Notes: generated by a model not told the origin, from the letters alone. Positions 38,296 to 47,642 are shown, numbered from the stretch's first letter. The stretch is DNA of 63,615 nt from a virus (IMGVR_UViG_3300016471_001057:1-63615); one strand, 5' to 3'. Numbers and translations: made by a program.

Positions 38296-39663
38296 ATGTA
38301 TATTGATCTCATCATTGAGAAGACTCTTAAGGAGTCTAAGCTAAAGAGAGTAAGAATCAAGGTAGACCCCTCGGAATTAGCTGTATTTGGTTATGAAAAT
38401 GTATCAAGCTTTGAAGGTTATATCCTTGAAGAAGGGCTTGCTACTGTTCGGGTTTATATGGTTGGGGTTCCTCCTGGTATTAATCCTATACAAACCGTGG
38501 ATAAAGAACATGTCACTACCGTCGAGCCCCCACCGATATCACCGAAATTTCTAGAATTTAAAAGTCGAGTTTTGCAACAATTAGAAAAAGAGGGCATACA
38601 AAAAGATGCCCCACAATATACTCAAATTCAAAACAGTAATAATCCTGAATTTATAGAAACCTATTTAAAGGAATTAAAGTTTGATGATAGAAAAATAGCA
38701 GATCTCTACAAATCAATATTTTTATCTGAGGGTATCCTAGACAAAATCGCTACCGGGGCAGCAAAAACAATGATCAAAAAAAATAAATTTGGACAGTCTG
38801 TACCTCTTGGTAATAGAGTAGGATCAGCCCTTAAGCAGCTTGCAGATAATCCGCTAATAAAAATAGGGCATGCAGGGGTATCAGCAGTTGCCGCCATACC
38901 TGGTCTGATAATAGGAAAAAATAACATTTTAAATAGAGTTAGTAGATTTATGAGATCATTTGATTTGAATGATTTAATAAATCTTAACAAGGTACATCCA
39001 ATATTTGTAAACAATAATCGAGAAATTCAAATAAATAATAAAATAATTACCAGATTCGGAAATGTAGATCTTGTTGGAACCGTGGTTCAAGAAACTAGGA
39101 CAGGGTGGAATGTAAGAATACAAGAACCAGAGAAGTATAAGGGTAAAGTTGTTCAAATAGATCATAGTTTATTGGGACCCGGGGCAGGGAAGGGAACCTT
39201 GTACTTTGATAATAAGAAATATCGAGTTAAAGTAAGAATGAGTGGAGGTAATGTTCTGTTAACTGTAATCAAGGATCTAGATAAAGTAGCTGATAATACA
39301 GAAGAAATTCGTAAGAATATTGAAACTAAAACTATTGATAAACCAGAAGTATCAACAACTACAGGTCCATCAGACAAGGAAAGACAAGATACCTATAGAG
39401 CTAAGATACATAGTACTCTTGAGGCAAGTTTTCCTAAGGAAAAACCGTCTGACTACACCAAGCTTCTCAATAACTTAACCTTAAACATACTTAAGGAAGA
39501 AGGTAGAGAGGAAAGTAAATTCCAAAAATTTGTCGATGTTGTTTCAAAGACTAATGAAGAGATTAGCGAATTAAAAGAAAAAACCGGGACTAGTGCGGAT
39601 TTAAGTAACAAATTGCATACTAAGCTGTTAAAAAACTTAGAAAACTCAGGGTTTAATATTTAA
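38296..39663 (+). CDS. Hypothetical late protein
   Basis: TTAAATA upstream; leader ending TLKE; internal FLSEG. Confidence 0.7.
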   Translation: MYIDLIIEKTLKESKLKRVRIKVDPSELAVFGYENVSSFEGYILEEGLATVRVYMVGVPPGINPIQTVDKEHVTTVEPPPISPKFLEFKSRVLQQLEKEGIQKDAPQYTQIQNSNNPEFIETYLKELKFDDRKIADLYKSIFLSEGILDKIATGAAKTMIKKNKFGQSVPLGNRVGSALKQLADNPLIKIGHAGVSAVAAIPGLIIGKNNILNRVSRFMRSFDLNDLINLNKVHPIFVNNNREIQINNKIITRFGNVDLVGTVVQETRTGWNVRIQEPEKYKGKVVQIDHSLLGPGAGKGTLYFDNKKYRVKVRMSGGNVLLTVIKDLDKVADNTEEIRKNIETKTIDKPEVSTTTGPSDKERQDTYRAKIHSTLEASFPKEKPSDYTKLLNNLTLNILKEEGREESKFQKFVDVVSKTNEEISELKEKTGTSADLSNKLHTKLLKNLENSGFNI

Positions 39664-39682
39664 AAACAATAAATAATATACT

Positions 39683-39991
39683 ATGCCTCTAAAATCTGGA
39701 TCCTCACAGAAAACCATTGGTAAAAATATATCTGAACTAATGAAAACCTATAAAAGTAAAGGTAAAATAGGTACATCAAAACCATCAACAAAAAAAGCCG
39801 CACAAAAACAAGCAGCAGCAATTGCACTAAGCAAAGCTGGAAAAAGTAAAAACGAAAGTTTTGATTTCTACGTAAATAACATTCTTTCTGAACTCTATAA
39901 GCCAAATTTAATAACAGAAGAACATTGTAAATATGCTGCTGATGGCTGCGATTGTGATGGCTGTAAGGAATGTAGGGACAACCAAGAATAA
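39683..39991 (+). CDS. Small basic protein (DUF6496-like) with Cys-rich tail
   Basis: MPLKSGSSQKTIGKNISEL..QKQAAAIALSKAGK; C....GCDCDGC.EC; late box at 39669-39675. Confidence 0.7.
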   Translation: MPLKSGSSQKTIGKNISELMKTYKSKGKIGTSKPSTKKAAQKQAAAIALSKAGKSKNESFDFYVNNILSELYKPNLITEEHCKYAADGCDCDGCKECRDNQE

Positions 39992-40031
39992 TATTAGTTG
40001 ATCTAAGTGTTGCTGGTCATATAATAGTAAT

Positions 40032-40640
40032 ATGGCCTATCAAAGTACAAAAGTTTTAGAACTTGGAAGTTGTGCGTTTAGACAGTGGAAAGCTGATCAC
40101 AGTCATTGTAAATTTGTTCATGGATATAGACTAGTAGCTAAATTTTGGTTTGGCTGTAGAGAGCTTGATAATAAAAACTGGGTGGTAGATTTCGGCGGTC
40201 TTAGTGAATTAAAAAAAGCTTTAGAAAAGCAATTTGACCATACTTTGTGTGTTGCTGGTGATGATCCTTTATTATCTCATTTTAAACAATTACATGAATT
40301 AGGTGCAGTAGATTTACGAGTAATGGAAGGCGGGGTAGGTATTGAGAGGACCGCGGAATGGTGCTTTAATACAGCAAATAAGATTATTAAGTCCTTAACC
40401 CGTAATAGGTGTTGGGTCGAGAGAGTCGAGGTCTGGGAGCATGAAAAGAATTCTGCAGTCTATAGTCCTGCAAAAGCAGCAACAGAACCAGAGAAATTTG
40501 TTGCTGAACAATATGAATTTAAGCTAGAAACGACCCCAGAACCAGAACAACATTATACCGGGCCAAGGCCGGCAAGCGTGGGTAACAAAGTATCAACGGG
40601 ATGGGGTAACCCATTCGGGGGAACTAGTTGGGGAAAGTAA
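40032..40640 (+). CDS. queD: 6-carboxy-tetrahydropterin synthase QueD
   Basis: SHCKFVHGY, WVVDFG, FDH, VWE..KNSA. Confidence 0.93.
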   Translation: MAYQSTKVLELGSCAFRQWKADHSHCKFVHGYRLVAKFWFGCRELDNKNWVVDFGGLSELKKALEKQFDHTLCVAGDDPLLSHFKQLHELGAVDLRVMEGGVGIERTAEWCFNTANKIIKSLTRNRCWVERVEVWEHEKNSAVYSPAKAATEPEKFVAEQYEFKLETTPEPEQHYTGPRPASVGNKVSTGWGNPFGGTSWGK

Positions 40641-41375
40641 TTATTTTGTTTCTTTTATTGCGCCGAGCACGTTAACTATATAGCGTAAAAGCTTACTTCT
40701 AGTAATATCATTTTCATTAAAGTGGAATACATAAATCCCATGATCTCTACTCTCTGCAGAGTCAAAAGCTTTCATAGTTTTTTCAAATCCTGATTTCTGA
40801 ATATCCGATTGTTGTGAATCTCCTATTACAAATAATTTACAGTTTTTGCCAAACCGTGTTAAAATAGTAACAAGTTCGCTTCTTTCTAGGTTTTGTGCTT
40901 CATCGACAATAACAACACTATTAGTAAAGGTAGCGCCTCTTAAAAAATTTACAGGTACACACTTTAGATATTCATTGTCAAACAAGACATTGGTAACTTG
41001 CTTTCCAACTAATTCATCACATTTCTCCACAAGGGGTATGCTCCATGGTTTAAACTTTTCATCAACCTCCCCGGGAAGACTTCCTAATTTTCTAGTGGCT
41101 GATTCAACTATACTTCTTATATAGATAACCTCATCTACTTTTTTGTCCTTTAATAGCGACAATGCAACATACACAGCAAGATAGGTTTTTGAGCTACCTG
41201 CAGGCCCGTCAGCAAACATAATATTAGTACCGTCTTCCAATGCCTTCTCAGCAAAAGATTTATGATGATCATTTAAATGAAATTTTTGATCGACCCGAAA
41301 GTTTCTTAAAAGATCTGTCTTGATTAACTCTTTATCTTTGTTATTATATTTCGGGTTCTTTTTGAAAGAACTCAT
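40641..41375 (-). CDS. phoH: PhoH-family ATPase
   Basis: GPAGSSKT, LGSLPG, FLRGATF, VDEAQN, TRFG, GD..QSD, DITRS. Confidence 0.95.
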   Translation of the reverse strand: MSSFKKNPKYNNKDKELIKTDLLRNFRVDQKFHLNDHHKSFAEKALEDGTNIMFADGPAGSSKTYLAVYVALSLLKDKKVDEVIYIRSIVESATRKLGSLPGEVDEKFKPWSIPLVEKCDELVGKQVTNVLFDNEYLKCVPVNFLRGATFTNSVVIVDEAQNLERSELVTILTRFGKNCKLFVIGDSQQSDIQKSGFEKTMKAFDSAESRDHGIYVFHFNENDITRSKLLRYIVNVLGAIKETK

Positions 41376-41429
41376 CTTATAATATTTATGTTGATTTTGT
41401 ATAGAACTACATTAAAATCACAATAATAT

Positions 41430-42176
41430 ATGAGCGATACTGTTATCTATCTTTCTAACGATAAATTGTTCTACACTCTAGAAGGCGAAGGAGAATATGT
41501 AGGACATCCTTCGGTTTTCATGCGTTTAGCTATGTGTAACCTTACATGCCAGGGGTTTGCAAGCGCTGATTCACCTCATGGCTGTGATAGCTTTATTAGC
41601 TGGTCGGTTAAGAATAAATTTACTATAGAAGAAATCCTTGATCTTATGGAAAAGGATGGTTATGCAAAACACCTGAAAGCAGGTTCTATCTGGAAGATTA
41701 CTGGAGGAGAACCGCTAATACAGCAAAAAAAGCTTTTAGATCTAGTAAAGGCATTTGTTGAGCGCTTTAATTTTACTCCAATCATAGATTTTGAAACCAA
41801 TGCCACTATTCTACCAGATCAAAAATGGGTTGATGAATACCGGGCTACCTTTACTACATCTCCAAAGCTTAGTAACAATGGAGATCCTGAAGATAAGCGG
41901 TATAAGCCAGCTGTATTAAAATGGCATGTAGACAATCGTTCAGGATTCAAATTTGTAATTAATGAGGAAAAGGATTTAGATGAAATATTTGAAAAATATA
42001 TTAATAATCCAGATATAAATGTACCTCATGATAGAGTCTGGTTAATGCCCTGCTGTGGTAGCAGAGAGGAGCATGTAGAAAAAGCTGTAATGGTTGCTGA
42101 ACTATGTAAAAAGCATTACTTTCATTTTAGTTCAAGGCTACAATTAATAATTTGGAACAAAGCACTTTGTGTCTAG
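41430..42176 (+). CDS. queE: 7-carboxy-7-deazaguanine synthase QueE (radical SAM)
   Basis: FYTLEGEG..G.P.VF.RL..CNLTC...CDS, ITGGEPL, ETN, SPKL, KFVI, LMP. Confidence 0.93.
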   Translation: MSDTVIYLSNDKLFYTLEGEGEYVGHPSVFMRLAMCNLTCQGFASADSPHGCDSFISWSVKNKFTIEEILDLMEKDGYAKHLKAGSIWKITGGEPLIQQKKLLDLVKAFVERFNFTPIIDFETNATILPDQKWVDEYRATFTTSPKLSNNGDPEDKRYKPAVLKWHVDNRSGFKFVINEEKDLDEIFEKYINNPDINVPHDRVWLMPCCGSREEHVEKAVMVAELCKKHYFHFSSRLQLIIWNKALCV

Positions 42177-42209
42177 TTGATTTATTTTATACAATTATAA
42201 ATTATATTA

Positions 42210-42407
42210 ATGAAAGTAACTATCGACACAGTTATTACCGGTGAGAATGGTGGCAAAGAATCATGGAGAGTTTTGCTAAACCAAGATGAATTAACAGACC
42301 TTATTAAGAAAGAGGGTATTAAAGCTGGCAATAAAGCGCTTGAAAGTTTTGTTGCTAAATTTGCTACCCAATTTCGCGAAAAGCTGTCATCTGTATTAAA
42401 TCGCTAA
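42210..42407 (+). CDS. Small hypothetical protein
   Basis: Own sigma70-like promoter (TTGATT 42177-42182). Confidence 0.6.
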   Translation: MKVTIDTVITGENGGKESWRVLLNQDELTDLIKKEGIKAGNKALESFVAKFATQFREKLSSVLNR

Positions 42408-42417
42408 TAAATAAAGA

Positions 42418-42618
42418 GTGACATTTGATCATCTCTTTAAAATACTAGAAAAACGTAATATTCATGACCCAGTCAGACCGGGTATCTTAAAGCGCCAGGT
42501 TAAAGGTAAAATGACGTGCTCTAAGGCTAGAGCGTTAAAAGCTAAGCAAAAAAATAAAGGTAATAATACAGCTCGCGCGGCTCAAAGATTTTGCAATTAT
42601 AGAGGATGCAAATGTTAA
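42418..42618 (+). CDS. Small basic late protein
   Basis: GTG 4 nt after ATAAATA; leader MTFDHLFKILE. Confidence 0.65.
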   Translation: MTFDHLFKILEKRNIHDPVRPGILKRQVKGKMTCSKARALKAKQKNKGNNTARAAQRFCNYRGCKC

Positions 42619-42645
42619 AAGCTGCACAGAGATATAGATATATAC

Positions 42646-43359
42646 GTGAATCATATAGTTTGTAAGACTATTAATAAAATTAATTGTAAGTATTACATAG
42701 GTGTTCATAGTACTAGCGACATAAATGATGATTATCTAGGTTGCGGGCATTGGCGCGGTAGAAAAATATATTCTAATATAAAAAGTCCAATACTAGCTGC
42801 ATTTAAAAAATATGGTGACGATAATTTTAAGAAAGAAATATTATTTATATTTGAAAATAGAGATGATGCTCTTAAGAAAGAAAAAGAGTTAATAGATATA
42901 GATGATATTAACTGTTACAATGCAAGATCGGGTGGCGAAAATAATTACATTTATACACAAAAAGCAAAGCTAAAAATGTCAATTAAAGCTAAAGAGAGAT
43001 CTGAGCGCCTATTATTACAAACCAATATTCTAAAAGAATTTAACAAAAATAGAATAGGCAAGACGTATTCTAAGATATATGGTGAAAAAAGAGCAAAAGA
43101 AATTTCTTTAAAAAAATCAAAATCTCTTTCAGGGAGAAAATGTTCTGCAGAGCATAAACTTAAAATGAGCTTAAATCGTAAAGGCAAAGATTGCGGTAAA
43201 TGCAAAGGAAGGAAAAGAGTATTTGATAGTATAAGCAACAAATTTATAAGACTATTTCCTAACGATATAGAAACTATGATATCAAAAGGCATTATAATAA
43301 AAGAGTTTAAAAAGACACCTAAGTTTCATTATGTTAATTACGTAAAGATAAAAGATTAA
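42646..43359 (+). mobile_element. Free-standing GIY-YIG homing endonuclease (Seg-like, NUMOD3-type repeats)
   Basis: HIVCKTINKIN.KYYIGVHST...DDYLG.G..KYG..NF.KEIL..E..YN; basic GRKCSAEHKLKMS repeats. Confidence 0.88.
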
Positions 43360-43372
43360 ATATAAATAACAT

Positions 43373-44221
43373 GTGGACTCTGACACACATGGTATATTTG
43401 CAAGCTATCGTCTTGTAAAAGAAGCATTTAATGTAACACCGGGTGGGGGTGGTAATGGTAGACTGTCACCGTCGCAACTTAAGCAGGTTGAGCCAGGTCA
43501 TTATTTACATCCCTATGTTGCTGATAAATTTCAGCAAATGAAGCAAGATGCTGCCCGGGAGGGGGTAAATCTTAATATTAATAATGCTTATAGAAGCTAT
43601 GACAAGCAAGTTGAAATGGCCAATCGTCTAGGGTTGTATTCTCGGGGCGGAAAAGCAGCAGTTCCCGGTACCTCAAACCATGGGTGGGGAACAGCAGTCG
43701 ATTTAAATGTTAGATCGAACCCTGGTGCTTTCCAGTGGTTACAAACAAATGCAGCAAGATATGGGTTTAATAATATTCCCCGGGAACCTTGGCATTGGGA
43801 AATTAAGCCAAACCGGGTACCTGGTTTAGGGTCTATGGCAAGCGGTGCTACGACTGCTCAGCCTAGTTCTATGCAACCACCTACACCAAGTACTATGCAG
43901 CAACCAGGCGGTACTCAATTCCCCCCTACACAGCAACCCCAATTTCAAATGCCTCAGCCTTTTCAAGCTCAACAGACCGGGGGAATGGCAAGCATGTACC
44001 CGGGTCTTCAACCCTTACAGCAAATGATTAATACATTTGTTCCGGGTCAACGCTTTGGACAGGTAATGCCACAAAACACCCCGCAAGGTCTAGGAATGCA
44101 AAGAGCATATGCCTCACAATTTACCGGTACTCCGGTACAGCAAACAGCTACAGCACCAAGAAGACAGCAACAATTTGCAACGGGAAGAATGGGAGGAAGG
44201 CCTTCATGGGCCTCTAAATAA
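43373..44221 (+). CDS. M15B (VanY-like) Zn peptidoglycan peptidase with Q/P-rich tail
   Basis: AYRSYDKQ, PGTSNHGWGTAVD, WL..NA.RYGF, EPWHWE; TATAAATA at 43361-43368. Confidence 0.9.
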   Translation: MDSDTHGIFASYRLVKEAFNVTPGGGGNGRLSPSQLKQVEPGHYLHPYVADKFQQMKQDAAREGVNLNINNAYRSYDKQVEMANRLGLYSRGGKAAVPGTSNHGWGTAVDLNVRSNPGAFQWLQTNAARYGFNNIPREPWHWEIKPNRVPGLGSMASGATTAQPSSMQPPTPSTMQQPGGTQFPPTQQPQFQMPQPFQAQQTGGMASMYPGLQPLQQMINTFVPGQRFGQVMPQNTPQGLGMQRAYASQFTGTPVQQTATAPRRQQQFATGRMGGRPSWASK

Positions 44222-44228
44222 TTGATAT

Positions 44229-45611
44229 ATGGTCACTTTTGAACAATATAATAGTTCTACTATTTCTGAAGGCTGGGTATGGGAACTAGTAAAATTTGCT
44301 GACCCGACAGGTATAACATCTGTTCCGGATTTAATAAGCGCGTTTACAAATTACACTACCGACAGAAGTATTTGGAAATTAATATGGCTTATTTTATGTA
44401 TAGTAGCTGTTTTACCAGTTGCAAAATATGCTGGCAAAGGATTATCAAAGGCAATAAAACCACTAATATTTGGTGCCAAGGAAACTAAAACTGTAACATC
44501 AGCTGCAAAAGCATCAGCCTCGACAGCAAAAAATATTGCCCAAGCAGAAGCACAATTAGCAAAGACAGTAGATTTATTAATAAAAGGAGAAACTACAGTT
44601 TCGAAAGCACTAGGTAAATTAAATTTACCGCAACAAGGTGTGAAGTCTTTTTTTACTGATTTAAAAGCTTTTAAACAAAATCCCTCTCTAAAAGCCGCTT
44701 TAGCCGCAGGTAAAACTGGTGCAAAAAAAGTCGGTCAAGAAGTATGGAAGCATGGAACAGGTTCTTTAGAAACAGCACTTACATCACCCGGTCTTATGAA
44801 GACGGGCTATGGTGCGCGACTGGCAAAATTAGGAGTTACCGGTGGTACAGGCACTGCTGAGGGTATAAAAAAACAATTAGATCCCTACAAAACCCCTGAA
44901 AGTCAAAGGCTCACGGTACCCGGTCAACAGATCACACCAGGTGCAGTACAAACCGCACAGGCCTCGGCCGGTGCACAACAAGAACCTGAAGAAATGCTAA
45001 CATATACAGATCCAAAAACCGGCCAACAATATCAAGGCACTGCAGATGAATTTAAAAGTTTGGGTATTCTTCCCATTCAAGCCCCTCAGCAACAGTCCTA
45101 TCCCCTAGCTGGTACTGGTATACAGCTAACACCAGCACAGCAACAAGCTATTGGTGGGTTTATACCAAGAGGCGGTACCCAAAGAACTGGTCAAATTACC
45201 CCACAAAATGTACCACAAGGGGCTACTCAGCAAAATCCATTTGGAAGGGAAGGAATGTCTCCAGCAGAATATATGAGACCGGACAATTTTAATAATCCAC
45301 CAATTCCCCAACAATACCAATACCAAGGAAACCAAGGATATGGGTTGGGTAATGTCGTGGGTGATATTGGTAATACCGTAGCTGGTACTGTAGGTGGCAT
45401 TGGGGCTCTTGCCGGTCAATTAGCTGCAACCCCTATTGCTGGTGTAACTAATTTGGCAAGTAGTTTACTTGGCTTGATACCTGGTATTGGAGGGACTCCA
45501 GGAATGGGCGGAATGAATCCCTATCAAATGGCCCCGGCAAGTAATTACTATCGGTCTCCGGCCGGTTATAATCCCTACAATTATTCGCCTTATGGATATC
45601 CCCAAAGATAA
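44229..45611 (+). CDS. Late protein with TM segment and long Q/G/P/Y low-complexity tail
   Basis: Leader ending TISE; DPTG; LIWLILCIVAVLPV; CTAAATA at 44214-44220. Confidence 0.7.
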   Translation: MVTFEQYNSSTISEGWVWELVKFADPTGITSVPDLISAFTNYTTDRSIWKLIWLILCIVAVLPVAKYAGKGLSKAIKPLIFGAKETKTVTSAAKASASTAKNIAQAEAQLAKTVDLLIKGETTVSKALGKLNLPQQGVKSFFTDLKAFKQNPSLKAALAAGKTGAKKVGQEVWKHGTGSLETALTSPGLMKTGYGARLAKLGVTGGTGTAEGIKKQLDPYKTPESQRLTVPGQQITPGAVQTAQASAGAQQEPEEMLTYTDPKTGQQYQGTADEFKSLGILPIQAPQQQSYPLAGTGIQLTPAQQQAIGGFIPRGGTQRTGQITPQNVPQGATQQNPFGREGMSPAEYMRPDNFNNPPIPQQYQYQGNQGYGLGNVVGDIGNTVAGTVGGIGALAGQLAATPIAGVTNLASSLLGLIPGIGGTPGMGGMNPYQMAPASNYYRSPAGYNPYNYSPYGYPQR

Positions 45612-45618
45612 ATAATAT

Positions 45619-46092
45619 ATGAATTCTGACAGCTATCGCATATTCGAAAATTACAAATCTAAGCTTGTAACAGAAGCGCAGCAATCCCCAGAGCAAGAAA
45701 ATACAGGTATTGAAGGTACCTCACAGTTTAATGAAAATTTAGCAGCTATAGACCAGCTAGAAGATAGCTTTAACAAGTTTTTCGAAACTGGTGTCAGAAC
45801 AAAATTTCTTACCCAACAAGCTGCTGCCCAAGCAAAACAAGTAGTGGGTCTGACAATATCAGGATTTTTGGAAGGATTGGTTAAAACCTCCAAAGTTAAA
45901 GATATCAATCAACTTGAACAAATGAAAAAAAGTATTACCACTAAAATCAAAGGAATTGATACTTCTAGAGTGGTTGCTTTAATTGACCAAATGAAAGGCA
46001 GTTCTCAGCCGGCCCAGCAGCAGCCCCAGCAACCTGTGGCTACAGAACCGGCACTAACACCTGTAACACAACCCGAACAACCTGTTAGTTGA
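45619..46092 (+). CDS. Hypothetical late protein
   Basis: ATAAATA at 45608-45614; leader MNSDSYRIFENYKSKLVTE. Confidence 0.7.
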   Translation: MNSDSYRIFENYKSKLVTEAQQSPEQENTGIEGTSQFNENLAAIDQLEDSFNKFFETGVRTKFLTQQAAAQAKQVVGLTISGFLEGLVKTSKVKDINQLEQMKKSITTKIKGIDTSRVVALIDQMKGSSQPAQQQPQQPVATEPALTPVTQPEQPVS

Positions 46093-46122
46093 TAATTTAA
46101 ATTTTGTCTATACATTAATATA

Positions 46123-46815
46123 ATGCGTATTGCGTTTAGCGGGGCAGCTTGTACAGGTAAAACAACTACATTAAATGCCTTTTTACAGAAATGGCCCCAA
46201 TATAAGCAGCCAGAATTTTCATACAGGACCCTCATAACAGAAGACAAGCATAGCAAAAAAACTGACAAAAAAATTCAACGAAAAATATTGGATTTTATGT
46301 TGCAGCAACATGAACAATATACCGCCCATGACAAAGTAGTTTTTGATAGGTGTCCATTAGATAATTTTGTCTATACTATTTGGTCGTATGATAAAGGTAA
46401 AAAGGGGTTCACAGACAAGTATATTAATGAGGCCATATCTACTGTACGGAAAAGTATGAGGTCCTTAGATATAATCTTTTATATGACCCGGGATCAAATG
46501 GGTCCCATTGAACAGGACGTTCACAGAGAAACAGACCCCTTATATGTCACGGAAACAGATAATATTTTTAAAGCAATTGCCAAACAATATAGTGCAGGTA
46601 CTTCCCCTCTATTTCCCCCAAATGATAGCCCTGCCCTTATAGAAATATCTGGAACTATAGAACAACGAGTTGACCAAATTTCTATGTATGTAACGGAAGA
46701 CGGAAGTATGTATGGGGAAGAACAGAGTTTAATTAATACTGATGAACTATTAAAAATGGAAAGTTTAATAAGAGACCAAAAACAATTAGCCCAAAAAGAA
46801 AAGGGCATCCTATAA
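46123..46815 (+). CDS. P-loop nucleotide kinase-like protein (AAA_28 / dNMP kinase-like)
   Basis: IAFSGAACTGKTT, VFDRCPLDN..Y. Confidence 0.8.
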   Translation: MRIAFSGAACTGKTTTLNAFLQKWPQYKQPEFSYRTLITEDKHSKKTDKKIQRKILDFMLQQHEQYTAHDKVVFDRCPLDNFVYTIWSYDKGKKGFTDKYINEAISTVRKSMRSLDIIFYMTRDQMGPIEQDVHRETDPLYVTETDNIFKAIAKQYSAGTSPLFPPNDSPALIEISGTIEQRVDQISMYVTEDGSMYGEEQSLINTDELLKMESLIRDQKQLAQKEKGIL

Positions 46816-46822
46816 ATAATAG

Positions 46823-47065
46823 GTGAGTTTTAATAAAAAGGTACAAAACATTGTAGAGAGTTATAGCTCTATTAAAACAGTGTCTAGACTGTTTTATCCA
46901 AGAAACTTTAATTTGTCTCCAGAATTTGTGGTTGCGTTTAAAAAAGAATATGCCCGACTGAAGTCATTAAATATTAGCGATAAGCAAATTATTCAAAAGA
47001 TAGCCAAGGCATTACATTTTCATGGTAGAGAAGCTGCCTCTGAAGATAATATTAATAAGGTTTAA
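46823..47065 (+). CDS. Small hypothetical late protein
   Basis: GTG 4 nt after TATAAATA (46811-46818); leader MSFNKKVQNIVE. Confidence 0.65.
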   Translation: MSFNKKVQNIVESYSSIKTVSRLFYPRNFNLSPEFVVAFKKEYARLKSLNISDKQIIQKIAKALHFHGREAASEDNINKV

Positions 47066-47642
47066 TTATTCGGTAGTTTACTCTAGTTGCACTTACACAA
47101 GCTGTTGACAGATTAGCTCTTATATCATAATTAAACCCCCCTCGGCCAGTTAGAGTGACAAACAAAGCAATTTGTGAGGAAACTGGTACTATTAAATTAC
47201 TAACGCTAGCTGGTAAAAATGGTTCTGTAATAAACCCGGCAACAACATCAAAAACTGAAAGGGTAACGTTATTAGTATTAAAGATTATATTTTGACTTTG
47301 GGTTTGATTAGCTGGTATGGTTAGTATACCTGTCGTAAAAAATATTCTCTTGTAGGAGTCTTGCACAGTAGCTGACATACCAGAAATTACTGTTCTAATA
47401 GAATTGGTAATGGTTGTTGAAATAGCTGAGAGCTCTGTAGAGGTATTAGCTACCAAAAGATCTGTCTGGCCGCTTACGGTTTTAAATGCATTATAAAAAC
47501 TTACATTGTTATCTCGAAGAATAAAATACGTTATGGGGAGTAAATTAGTTCCATTTTCATTTTCAACTATAAAAAAATCAGTACTTTTAATACTTGTAAT
47601 CTGATTAAGATCTTTTACAGAAATATAGTTATAAGCTGACAT
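47052..47642 (-). CDS. S/T-rich fibre/decoration-like protein, paralog B
   Basis: Shares IVENENGTN, NVSFY, Y.RIF and terminal I.KPY with 47644..48207. Confidence 0.7.
   Translation of the reverse strand: MSAYNYISVKDLNQITSIKSTDFFIVENENGTNLLPITYFILRDNNVSFYNAFKTVSGQTDLLVANTSTELSAISTTITNSIRTVISGMSATVQDSYKRIFFTTGILTIPANQTQSQNIIFNTNNVTLSVFDVVAGFITEPFLPASVSNLIVPVSSQIALFVTLTGRGGFNYDIRANLSTACVSATRVNYRIIKPY

Noticed and set aside
44229-45611. Polymorphic toxin (DPTG plus hydrophobic hairpin)
   Set aside because: The C-terminus is low-complexity with no toxin domain, and no immunity-like gene follows.
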